A stretch of 64,000 nucleotides of DNA, taken from positions 6,944,001 through 7,008,000 of the forward strand of contig JBHGNT010000012.1 in the NCBI GenBank assembly GCA_043228905.1, written 5' to 3'. The position numbers and the translations under genes were made by a program. This DNA is from Azolla caroliniana. Lineage: Eukaryota; Plantae; Polypodiophyta. Below are positions 48,220-60,381 of the stretch, piece by piece; the first letter of the stretch is position 1; every line of letters starts with the position of its first letter. The notes beneath the pieces were generated by a model that was given only the letters and a program-made list of their open reading frames with translations, was not told the origin of the DNA and did not search any database.

Positions 48220-51200
48220 AAAACTTGTGTATTGTTTTATTCTCTATCATTTTGTTGTTTTCGCTCAGTGCATTCTCAGTCTATATTTCTCATAGATCTA
48301 CGATTCAAGTGCTACAAATTGATATCAAAGCTTGAGGTGCAAAAATGGAAGGAGGTGTGAGTTTCCCAGGTATGATAGTCCTAAACTCAAACAACTACTC
48401 TGACTAGAAGATCACACCTCCTTCCATAGTCAAAGATTTGTCTCCCTTAGTGCCCCTAAAGGGTGTGGACAAGTAAAGATGTCTCCTATCAACACGTGAA
48501 GGTGTTTGGATGTTTGGTATATATGCATATAGCAAAGAATCAGAGGTCGAAGCTCAATAGCAAGTCGAAACCATGCATATTCTTGGGGTACTTGGAGGAT
48601 GAAGTCAGTTATAGGTTGTGGGATTTACATGACAAGAAAGTGGTGAGGAGTCGGGACATTGTGTTCCTAGAAGACAAGGCAATCGAGGATTGGAAATAAC
48701 AGAAGTCAGAACAGGCTTCCCAGTCGACTCTCACTACTATCGACTCAAGCCCAGTCGATCATACACTGTTGACAGAGAGGAGACAACCAGCCGCACAGCT
48801 GAATCCGAGTTAATCAACTCGGAACAACCGACTAATACATATGAGTCAGAGTCAACTGATGTAGAGAGATCGATTGAGGCATATGAGTCGAAGTCAGTTG
48901 ATCTCTAGAAACCGATCGACACGTATGAACCTGAGCCGAATGAAGAGTCGACAGAGACATTTGAACCTAAGCCGACTATGGGAGGTGGAAGATATCCACT
49001 CAGACAAAGGAGAGAACCCTCACGATATGCCAATCAATATGTTTTATTGACTGATGAAGATGAGCCTGAGTGCTACAAGGAGGCCATGGAAGATGAGCAC
49101 AAGGAGAAATGGCAGAGTGCGATGCAAGATGGGATGGACTCCTTGCATGCGTACTACACTTGGGACTGGGTGGAACTATCGAAAGGTAAGAGAGCCCTGA
49201 GAAACAAATGGGTTTTCAAGCTGAAAAATGGGGAAGATGGCAGCTCACCTAGATACAAGGCCCGAATCGTAGTAAAGGGGTTTCAGCAGAAGAAAGGGGT
49301 CAATTTGGCTAAGATCTTCGCACCAGTCATAAAGATGACATCCATTCGAATAGTGCTAGGTATTGTTGCCAGTATGAATCTGGAGATAGAGCAATTGGAT
49401 ATCAAGACAACATTCCTGCGTGGGGAATTAGACAAAGAGATCTATATGCAGCAACCCGAAGGCTTTGTGGAGAAAGGAAATGAGAATCTGGTGTGTCGAC
49501 TAAGGAAAAGCTTGTATGGTTTGAAACAAGCTCCACGTCAATGGTACAAGAAGTTTGAATCCTTCACGTTGGAATATGGGTTCCATAAAACACAAGTCGA
49601 TCATTGTGTGTTTGTCAAAAGGTATGATGAGGGCAACTTCTTGATTCTCTTGCTATATGTTGACGACATGTTAGTGGTCAGACATGGCACCAAGAAGATG
49701 GCGAGCTTGAAGAAACCATTAGGCAAGTCATTTGCCATGAAAGATCTTGGACTGGCAAAGCGGGATGCACATAGTTCGTGACAAAACTAAGAACATGCTA
49801 TGGTTGCCACAACAGAAGTATGTGACAAAGATCTTGGAAAGATTCAACATGTCAGAAGCAAAACCAGTCAGGTCTACATTGCCAACCAATTGCAAGTTGA
49901 ATGCTAGGCAATGTCCAAGAGGGGAGAAGGACAAGGCCGAGATGAGGAAAGTACCATATGTCTTGGTCGTCGGTAGTTTAATGTATGCTATGGTTTGTAC
50001 GAGACTAGACATCGCATTTGCAGTCGATATATGAGTAATCCGGGTCGAGAACACTGGGCAACAGTAAAATGGATACTCAGGTGCTTGAAAGGCACCTCAA
50101 GGGTGTGCCTTAGATATGATTTCGGAAAATCTATGCTCGAAGGTTTTACTGATTTGGACATGTCGGGGGACATAGACTCAAGCTGATCCACATTAGGTTA
50201 TGTGACCTATGCAAGGGGAGCAGTGTCGTGGCAGTCAAGACTGTAGAAGACTTTGCCTTTGTTGACCACAGAGGTAGAGTATATGGCTGCGATAGAGGTC
50301 GAAAAGGAGAAAATATGGATGAAGAATTTTCTCAGTGAATTAGGAATGAAACAAGAAAGATTCCTACTCCACTGTGATAGTCAGAGTGTCATACATCTAG
50401 CCAAGAACATTGTGTATCACTCTCGGACCAAGCACATACAAAGAAGGTATCATTGGTTATGAGAGAAGGTGGATGAGGGAGAGTTTACCCTTGTGAAGTT
50501 CCATACTGATGATAATGGATCTGCCATGCTTACGAAACCACTACCTATGGACAAACTCAGAGTCTGTCGACAGAAGACAAGACTAGCCGACTCTGCCCAT
50601 AGGAGTGAAGGGGGAGTTTGTTAGGAATTTGTCCCTCCAATGGGAGAAGTCGACAGTCGAAGTCAAGGAAGGAGTCGGCAGTTGAAATCGACAAGCCGAA
50701 TACAGGATGGTCGGTTGGATCGACCAACAAGTGGATAGGGTGGTTGACTAGTTTGAAGGAGATAGAGAGTCGACTACATTGGATGGATGCTTCAAGTCGG
50801 GCCGACTGGATGGCCGAAGACAAGGCCGACAAGTCGGGCCGATTAATTATTATATACATTAGATGATAATAATAATAATAATAACTATATTTGTAAATAG
50901 CCCATACTGTGTATGAGTATAAATATACCTAGGGCAACCATTATGGGATGAAGAGGTGTATAGAGCTTTTGTAGCAGTGAGAAGGAAGAGACGCGAGAGT
51001 GCGCGTGCGAGAGAGACATAGTTTAGTGGAATTAGCCAAAATCCTAAGTGGGTATTCTCTAATTTAGAGATATTTGTAATATGTTCCTTCCTTGTATCTC
51101 TCTGTTCATAGTGAATTCTACTGCCTCGTGGTTTTTCCCCTGTTTAGGGTTTCCACGAAAACTTGTGTATTGTTTTATTCTCTATCGATTTGTTGTTTTC

Positions 51201-51825
51201 TGTTTTCACACGGTGCATTTTTAGTCTATCTTTCTCATAGGTCTACGGTTCGAGCACTACAATTAGTTATGATACAAAGTGGTGAGATGTTCACACACTT
51301 GGCTATTCCTAAGGTGTGTTCCCACATTGGGAAAGTTGAGCTTGTTCTCAACAATACCTATTCCTAAACCCCTTTAGTTGATGTGCTTTTCTAAAAGATT
51401 TTCCATTCATAGGTTGTCAAGATCATGATAGTGCATGCACTTATCATTCCTTCTATCCAATCACATCATTCCTTTTTTAACATTAGTGAACATACCCTTC
51501 ATTTATGTTATGTAAATATTAATAACCTACCCTGATATACATTATGTGTGCATAACATTGTGATCGAGAGGGCATATACCCAAACTTTGTAAAATAACAA
51601 GAAATCGGGATTGTATTGCAAATTTTGATGATCGGCAAACTATTCAGACCCACAATTCCCGAATCTCTTGATAAGTGCCCATCCAAAACAAACCCATGTG
51701 GGAACAAGCAAGTCCTTCGTGGGGAGAGAGCATCGTGATGAGTCTACCTGTGGCCATCATGGAGAGCAACCACATGATGAGGGGAGCTACAAGGCATTGT
51801 TCAACAAGGAAGTATGGTTTGCACT

Positions 51826-52356
51826 TAACAATTGGCAACGTTTTGGTTTGGTTTGAGAGTGTGAAAACCAAATCGTTTAAAAATTTTGAAACTTGAACCA
51901 AACTGACCAGGAAACCATTTAAACAGAAACAATTATAACCAAACCGTTACAATAAATCCAAACCGTTAAACCATTAAAATCGCGGTTTCGGTTTTCAAGT
52001 TAGGTTTAAATTCAAAACTTCAATTTCAAATTTTAATTTTTCAACCACTTAAAGATTTTCCCCAAAATGTGAGAATTAAGCTTTAAAATGATCAACTGGC
52101 AACCCTAAACCATCAAACCGTTTATACCGAACCGAACCGTTAAAAAAGAAAACTTGAAGAAAGCAATAATCAACTGCCAACCCTATACCATCAAACCGTT
52201 TATACCGAACCATTCACCCCCAAACCGAACCGAACTGAACCGTTAAAAAAGAACTTGAAGTTGAACTGAACCGAATGGAACCATTGAAACTATTAAGCCG
52301 CAGTTTTGCGGTTCGGTTCGGTTCGGTTCAACCAACCGAACCATTGCCGATTATTA
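51826..52356. mobile_element. Older copy of the same hAT MITE family, in the WAV2 promoter region
   Basis: Degenerate TIRs TAACAATTGGCAACG / CATTGCCGATTATTA and AACCG arrays. TSD not clean. Confidence 0.8.
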
Positions 52357-52510
52357 AAATTGCACCATGTTAGGCAATCGAAGCCATCATTTTGTCCGGC
52401 CGCCCAGCCCAGGTGTGAAACCGAAGGCATTTGTTTTTTGTCCGGCCGCCCAAGTGTGAAACCGAAGCATTTTTTTTTGTGTGTGTCCGCCTCATCAAAG
52501 CACGACAGGC

Positions 52511-52592
52511 GAAGGAAGAAGAAGAAGAAGAAGAAGAAGAGAGTGACACAGAAGAAGAAGCAGAAGAAGAAGCAGAAGAAGAAGAAGAAAAA
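52511..52592 (+). repeat. (GAA)n-rich tract in probable 5' UTR of WAV2-like gene
   Basis: Direct reading; ends ~55 nt before the ATG. Confidence 0.85.
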
Positions 52593-52646
52593 GAGAGTGA
52601 TACAGACACAGAGAGAGGTCCCTGTGTTTCTTTATGCTTGGGCGCC

Positions 52647-55600
52647 ATGGCCACTTTCCTGAGTAGCTTCCTCTACGGCATCGGCGGCTTAGCTTGCACT
52701 TGCCTCGTCCTCCTCATCACATTCCAAGAGAAGCTCGTTTATGTCCCCGTTGTCCCTGGCCTCTCCCGTAGCTACCCCATCACTCCTGCAAGGCTTCGCC
52801 TCAAGTATGAAGATGTTTGGATCAATGCCTCTGATGGTGTTCGCCTCCATTGCTGGCTCATCAAGCTTCACTCCGACTTCACTGGTATGATGACCTCTAA
52901 CAAACCTCTCTGCGTTTCGTTTCGTTTTCTTTTATTCCCAGTAATCAGTTTGTACAGGAGATCTCTCCATCTATCTATTTCGTTACTAAACTAAACTACT
53001 TCTTGATTATAAAAGAATTGCCATTTTGACAGAAACTACTATATCTTAGTTCCCATTTTTCTTTTATTAGTTCATTCATGAAAATGTCGAAAGGTCCAGT
53101 GAGAAATCCCCCTCCCCCAAAGAAAAAAGAACAACAATCCGTTAGTTCATTACTGTTGTAAATCATATCAAGTAGCAACTGGATCTCTTTCGTTCACACC
53201 CATCAGATGATCATGATTTATAATTTTTGAAGTAGGTTAGCATATTGCCTAATCCATTCATGACTGCCTCAAGATCTACGATAAATCTAGATGCTAAGTG
53301 GTTAGTCCCAGGAAAGGAATGGGTTGTAATCGTGTCACAAATGGATTAGCGACAATGAGGCAGTCATGAATGTGATGGCTTATGTATATACATTTCTTTT
53401 TTAAGTAGTACATGCATGAATCGAGTTCGAAAAAAATGAACATTAGTTATTAATGATAAAAACATTTCTCATGAATTATATGTATAGATGATTGAAGAAT
53501 CATCTACAAAACAATCATGGCACTTTTATGAACAAGTATAAAATTGAGAATTAAGGCCTGAGAATCCTCATTGTAGCCAAACCAAACTACTAAAAGTAGT
53601 TTTTGCTTAATAGAATCTAGGCCTTATTGCTCAAATATAGAGATGGATTTAATTCAAGGAGGAGAAAATACTCTTGTTGACAGTATTAGGTTTACAAAAT
53701 CGTCCTCTTCCGACATCGAAGAGTATCATTTTCAGCATGCTGCTCACATTATCTCTCGAGAGGCTCATAGACACTCGTAAAAGAGGGATGACTAACTTCA
53801 CATGAAATGGTCCGTGATCGATATCCTAATTTGAGCATCATTTTTGCAAACGCTAGAATTCTATTCACATATATTCTTCTCTGGTTACCCGGAAACTGGA
53901 AAATAGATGGAAATGCATAAAGCAGGCAATGGAAGATCATGCTTCATGTAACACGAATTTGATTGGGAATGCTATCATTAAAACTTCAAATCTTGAATTT
54001 GCGTATAGCATTACTAAGCATTAGCCCAGTGGATGAATCCCGTTTAAATTATGAGGGATAAACTTGTGTTGATATATACTAGGATATAACATGTGGTTAG
54101 TGGCATGTTTGTAATCATAAGAATGTGTGTTGAAGAAGCCTTAGGGTCAGCACTGAGTCTAACATTACTAAGCATTAGCCCAGTGGGGGAATCCCGTTTT
54201 AATTATGAGGGAAAACTTGTGTTGATATATACTAGGATATAACATGTGGTTAGTGGCATGTTTGTAATCATAAGAATGTGTGTTGAAGGGGGTGTGAACT
54301 TAAGAGGTGTGAACCTTAGGGTCGGCACTGAGTCTAAAATAGTGTCTGTGTAACAAGTCAATTCGAATTATGCATCCCTCTGTTGGTCAATTCATGACTA
54401 GATTGAAGTGAAATATTGAGCTTGATAATGTAAGTATAATATCAGATATACAGATCACATAGCTTCCGGGTCTTATCATGCATAGTAATGCTGATATTAT
54501 GTTCAATAACATTAGAGTAATTGTAGTGCATTATAAGCTTGTTTGGTATGAATTCCTTATTGGAATTTAATAATTCATATACCATGAAAGGATATTACTT
54601 AGGTTATCAAACTGATTTCACAAAGTGATATTGGCATTCTTTATATAAAGGCCAAGACTTTAGTTGACATTTCTAATGCTTCATGAAAATAAAATTCATA
54701 CTGCTTACATTGTTTGCAGGTCCAACTATACTTTTTTTCCAAGAGAATGCAGGCAGTATCCTATTTGCTATTCATAAGAGGCTCAATTTATGAGAAAATA
54801 CAGATGCAAATTGTAGTCATATGCAGGTTTCTGTAAACTTTTTATTCATGGATCCTTACATCTCACAACATAATGCTAGATATTGCACACCGACTTGAGT
54901 ACATCAACTTAATGATGCAACGCCTGAGATGTAATGTGTTTATGCTTTCTTACAGAGGGTACCTCTTCTGTCTTTGTTTCTTATTTGTTTTATCCATTGG
55001 TTGCTCTCAAGTACGTTGAAATCTATGCATTTGTTTTATCTGATATGCCTTGAGTCCGACATAGCATATTTTGATTTTAAATATCTCTTTTACTTTTCAT
55101 TCTTTTTTTAACAATCTTCTCTTTCTTTGGCGCTTTCTTTTCTTGATATTGAATTTGTAACTACAAAAGCTTTGTTTGTTTGTTTGAAGGTACACATGCT
55201 CAGACACTGCTTTTTTCTCACAAACAAAAGATCTGGGTGACTAAAATTCAACTAACATGTATAGAAGTTTCGTTAAATCATATGATTTAAGAGTTCTATC
55301 TATAGGTTAAGCATTACATGGAAATGGACACTAACCTATACTGTGTCTTGCCGAAATTGTGTCAAAAGTTTTTTCGTAATATAAGGTCCTTTCCAGTAGC
55401 CATTGTCCCTTGCTTCTTTCTTTTTGTTTTCTCTTCTTTTGGCCTTTTCTTTTTAGGAATGTATACACACACACTCGTTCACTCTCTCACTAACCCCTCC
55501 CTGAATTTCTCTCAAATAAATCCATTCAGGATTTGGAAGACAAATTTCCCTAAGCTTAGACAGAATATTTGAATCCTTTTATTCTGAATATGATGGTTGA

Positions 55601-57421
55601 AATCTGGATTTCCATAGGTATGGTGAAAGTGATGGTTACCCTTCTCAACATGGCTTGATAAAGGATGCACAAGTAAGGTCTTTTGTTAAAATTTGGGTGA
55701 CTCTCATTGTGCCACTTTTGCTAGTTAATTACATTCTATTATCTCTACTTCTGTTTTGGAACAGCAGAAACTGGATTGCCTTTGCTAATTAATTACATTT
55801 TATTACTTTTGTTTTCGATCAGGCTGCATTGGATCATCTGCTAAAGAGAACAGATATTGATACTACCAAGTTGGTTGTATTCGGACGCTCGCTTGGCGGA
55901 GCTGTTGGAGCTACACTTGTGAAGAACAATCCTCAAAAGGTGAACCATTGCATTTGAGGGCTTAAAAAAAGCATTTCCTTTATTCTAAAATGTGATCTAA
56001 TGTGAAAAATAGTGAAATATGAAAGACCAGAATTGATAGAAGCTATCATAGAATGTTCTTCAAATTACAATATGAAGAATATTCCTTGAAAAGTTTAGAT
56101 GGAATACCAGAGGAATATACACAGGTATAATATTCCTCTTACATGAAACATCATGTTGGTGATTTCTGGTTATTGAATTGCAGATTGCTGTCTTGATATT
56201 AGAGAATACATTCACATCAATATTAGATATGGCTGGAGTTCTATTGCCTATCTTGAAGTGGGTAATTGGAGGGACAGGCAGCAAAGGTCTTCGATTCCTT
56301 AACTTCGTTGTGCGGTCTCCGTGGAATACCATTGATATTATTAGTCATGTATGTATATTCTCACCATCATTTTCTGTGCGAAAAGCTGTTAATAGCAGCA
56401 GCGGAAGACTTAAAACAAAATAGGCACAGCCAAGCTGTGAGAAGGCTGTTAGACAGCAGTAGAAAAAATGGTTGCAAAGAGTAGAGACACAGCCAAGGAA
56501 TAGAGCTTGTTTTAAGTAGCAAAAAAGAAAATGAAAACTTATACAAAAGAGGCTGGTATAGCCTATTTATACAAAATTGGGGAATGTGGGTGAAATGGCT
56601 GTTTGGTAGTTAAGTGACTCTTGTACTACCAAACAGGTACAAAAAACTAGGAATATCTTGGAAAAGGTAGAAGAGAGAAAAGGCATTTAAAGCATTGCAG
56701 ATTCTAGAGAGAGAAGGCATTTAAAGAGTTGCAGATTCTAGAGAGAGAAGAATCTGAGAAAAGAGAGAATGTAGTACAAAGATAATAAATATGAAAGAGA
56801 GTGCAGGGCTGGAGCTGCCACCCTCCAACATTTTCATGTGTAAATTTTCTATAGATAGAAGGGTATAATATTTAGGAAAGAACACCAGCATACCAACTTG
56901 TGGTACCTCGCACTATGTATGAGTAGATTTTGTACTGTGAAGGGGTGTGTATCATTAGATTTTGTGCTGCAGAGGGGTACTCTGGTAATGTTATGAAGCC
57001 TTTAGGAGTATGCTAGTGAATATTCAATGAGTTAGGGATATTCTAGTATAGTTTTTTTTAATGGAGCACAATTTCTGGAAATATAGGGACACCCCAGGTA
57101 ATAGCCTAAGGTATGGCTGCTGTGATGTTTTGCCATATCGTGATGACAAATCACTTGATATTTTGTTGTCAATAGATATCCGAGCCGATACTATTTCTGT
57201 CTGGAAGCAAGGATGAGATGGTTCCTCCTGCACACATGAAAAAGCTTCATGCTGCGGCGTCATCAAACTCTAGGTGCTTGTTTGTCGAGTTCCCAACCGG
57301 CATGCATATGGATACATGGCTTTCTGGTGGAGATCGGTATTGGAGGTCAATTCAATTGTTTTTGGAGAGACATCTAGGTACAGAGGGTGAGGGAGAAGAA
57401 TGTGTACTAGATCCCAAATAG
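52647..57421 (+). CDS. WAV2: Alpha/beta-hydrolase ABHD13/BEM46 family (WAV2-like), 7 exons, ~311 aa
   Basis: Exons 52647-52884, 54720-54755, 54880-54958, 55618-55672, 55823-55939, 56184-56348 and 57176-57421 join in frame (936 nt). Motifs FQEKLVYVP, FQENAGNIAHRL, SYRGYG, GRSLG, ENTFTSI, DEMVPP, GMHMDTW. Confidence 0.93.
54009..54336. repeat. ~155-bp tandem duplication in WAV2 intron 1
   Basis: CATTACTAAGCATTAGCCCAGTGG...CCTTAGGGTC.GCACTGAGTCTAA occurs twice. Confidence 0.88.
56375..56830 (-). mobile_element. Solo LTR (456 bp) in WAV2 intron 6
   Basis: TG...CA ends, perfect TSD TTTTC, TATAAATAGGC on the minus strand (~56561-56571). Confidence 0.82.
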
Positions 57422-57552
57422 GGGGTTCGAGTATTTTGCTACACATAGCAAATTGGCATGATGATTTGCTAATTTTTCGTGATGCATAAGGCACTCCTTA
57501 GAATTTAATCTGGAAATATATTTTGAGGTGGGTGGTAAGGTGGGTTGTGTAT

Positions 57553-57763
57553 TTGAACATCAAGATATTGCTGAATGTGTATCCAACATTTTTTCTACAA
57601 GCGACTTCAAGATGCTATATATATCCCTCATGGCCACTAGACCTTTAAAAAAGTGTCTTTGAACATCAAGATATTGCTGAATGTGTATCCAACATTTTTT
57701 CTACAAGCGACTTCAAGATGCTATATATATACCTCATGGCCACCTGACCTTTAAAAAAGTGTC
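57553..57763. repeat. ~107-bp tandem duplication downstream of WAV2
   Basis: TTGAACATCAAGATATTGCTG...ACCTTTAAAAAAGTGTC occurs twice. Confidence 0.88.
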
Positions 57764-58349
57764 CCACTCAGTGTAGTTTAATGTCAAAATGCATTTGTTT
57801 GTAAATGTGCCCAACATTCATGGTTAGTGAATATATATATATATATATATTCATACATACATATATACATGTATGGATGTATGGATGAGAGCAAGTAATG
57901 ACATTGACCCCATTGATCGAAGGCTTCAATCTACAAGAAAGCACCATAAGTAAGATTGTGCTATTGACTTTGCATTGGTTCATATCTTATTGAGTGGCCT
58001 CGTTCACTAATGTAAGTTAATCTAGTTTTAAGGTTGGAGAACTATTGAAGGTTGGAGCTGTCTATCCATGTTTATGATAGATGATAAGATGAATATTTTG
58101 TTGAATGACCATACACACTGTTAAATAGTTGGAAGAAGTGTTTTGCTCAGACTCACAAGAATCTTACTAGCAATACAAATATTTGGAAGTGCCTTGGAAG
58201 TAAACAGAAAGGTTGTGCCATTTGAAAAATCTGAAAATGGGGTATTATGCTGACATATAACGGCAATTTCTCTAAGACTAGTGAATAGGGACCATTGTAT
58301 TGCTCAGCAAAGTCCATACTGCGTTTTTTATGAAGAGGAATGTGAGACA

Positions 58350-58525
58350 TGCCCATTATATATTCATCTACCATACAATGATAGGCTCTTCTATGATAGA
58401 AAGAAATGTGTCAAGTGCCATTCATGATTCATTAATGTGTATATATATTCATCTACCGGATAATGATAGGCTCTTCTATGATAGAAAGAAATGTGTCAAG
58501 TGCCATTCATGATGCATTAATGTGC
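58350..58525. repeat. ~88-bp tandem duplication next to the lipase stop codon
   Basis: TATATTCATCTACC..AATGATAGGCTCTTCTATGATAGAAAGAAATGTGTCAAGTGCCATTCATGAT occurs twice. Confidence 0.85.
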
Positions 58526-58532
58526 ATCATGA

Positions 58533-60256
58533 TTAAGTTTGCAGAAAACTGAGAATTTCCCCGTATATTCGAGTATTGGCCGAATCAGCAAAGATAAAAT
58601 CGAGGTGGCCAAATAAAGGATCTGTATATACTTTGACACCACCATGTAGCTCTACTATTAATCGTGTCACATCTATTGCATCAGCCAATGCATCCCTCAT
58701 TCCAGTTATAAGCATCATGTCAAGAGGTGGAATATTTGCAAGCATATATGGTGGTGCTGAGGACATTCCATATCTCTTGACATTCTCTGTGCTCCCATAA
58801 TCATATCGTGCAAAATTGGACATACGGCCCTCTGCAAATATAGTATTACAAGACTTATGTCAAGATAATGCATGACAATTGGTTCAATAATTACTGTATA
58901 ATACAAGTGTTGGCTATACTAAAAGTAAACTGTAGATCCACAATCCCTCAATAGTTTTAAACACATTATGGCTCTTATAGGAATCAATCTTCAACAATGC
59001 ATAATCATAAGCCATTCTTACGTTGTGCCAAATGTATCAGATTCTTTACGGATGTTGATTGCATTTCATATTTCTCTACAATCGGTCTCTTTGTAAGATT
59101 GAGGCAACAATTGTCACCTGAAATCTAAATGAGACAAACAATGAGCAAACACAAGCACAAAAATTGCTTCGGAGGTTGACTTACAAGTCTTTGCTTACAA
59201 CACGTGTATAAATTTTTCTATACAATGATATACATAGATATAGATGTACATCCACATATGAATGTATTTATATATATATATATATATATATATTCATTTT
59301 TATATAAACACATACAAATGTACATGCATTCATGCACACACACAAACACCCCTCCCCAATTTAACACATAACACATACCGTACATATATAATGACAAAAA
59401 AGGAGTATGTTTTCATGCCTGCAAAGAGGAAAACCCAATGTTCGACACACTTTGGATTACGTTGCCCACATATGAGGTCCACAATTTGGGTTCCCGCTTG
59501 CCTAATAGAAGTTTTTGGTATACATTTGAGATTCACAAGTTTTTGTAGTTAAATTGTTTCTATTTGCTGAATGAAAGCATGTGATGCAAGAATACTTGTA
59601 CTCACGTTTGTGTGCTGAATTCATCGACATGTGCAGCTTGTAAGACCTATAAAGATGATAAAAATAATGTCACGAATGGAAACAATGCGTATGATTTTTT
59701 ACTCATGAATCAATTTACGAAAGGAAAAGAAAATAACATATACACACCTCCAAAAGAAAAGAACTAAACCAACAAGTCAAATCATTAAGATGGATTCAAT
59801 CACCTCGTCGATATGCATTCGAGACAAACCAATCTCGAGGGGGGCAGCACCATGATCCATATATACAAGAGGAGCTAGTAACACAACTTTATCTATGTAG
59901 GGAAGCAATTCTCCTTGTGAAAATGCAGCCAATGCTTGTTGCGAACCCTAAAACCCCACATAAAATCAATCATACAGAACTAAATTCCTATGTGTTGCCT
60001 TGTTCTTTTTACTAGATGCTTGATGATAATAATATAGCTTACTTGTGAGTAGCCAATATAATGAACCTTTTGTAAAGCAATACTATTAACAAGGCTCAAC
60101 ATGGCAGGCAAATCATAGGTGGCCATCTCATCCACACTCCAATCCCAATAAGCCTGCAACCCATGCACATTCACCATTGATATAGTAATATGTTATGTGC
60201 ATACATATATACTCTTGTATATATGTGTATGTATATGTGTCTATGTAGGGTTTAGG

Positions 60257-60290
<34 letters not shown>

Positions 60291-60314
60291 CCATGGATAA
60301 ATGTATGTTTCTCA

Positions 60315-60381
<67 letters not shown>

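Larger units (their letters stand above)
46280..51261 (+). mobile_element. Ty1/Copia 'F', internally deleted, inserted in E 5' LTR
   Basis: 5' LTR 46280-48316 (split by G) and 3' LTR 50619-51261. TSD TTTAG/ATTAG. Degenerate PBS TGATATCAAAGC at 48320-48331. Gag start MEGGVSFPG at 48345 jumps to the IN C-terminus. RT YVDD in 48978-49781. Confidence 0.9.
35051..51353 (-). mobile_element. Old Ty1/Copia 'E' hosting four direct insertions (plus two nested inside F)
   Basis: 3' LTR 35051-35559 with PPT at 35560-35570. 5' LTR 46006-46279 + 51262-51353. PBS TGGTACCAGAGC at 45994-46005. TSD ATACT/ATACC. Minus-strand fragments of PR (WFVNSGVSNH), WHKRIDH, IN (YYVTFIDDFSR), RT (RYKARLV, MKDMKELHYFLGIEV) and RH. 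Confidence 0.88.

Noticed and set aside
52431-52646. Acidic N-terminal extension of WAV2, and Lys-/Ser-rich ORFs in other frames
   Set aside because: Translation of a GAA microsatellite from a non-ATG start. Family homology begins at ATG 52647.
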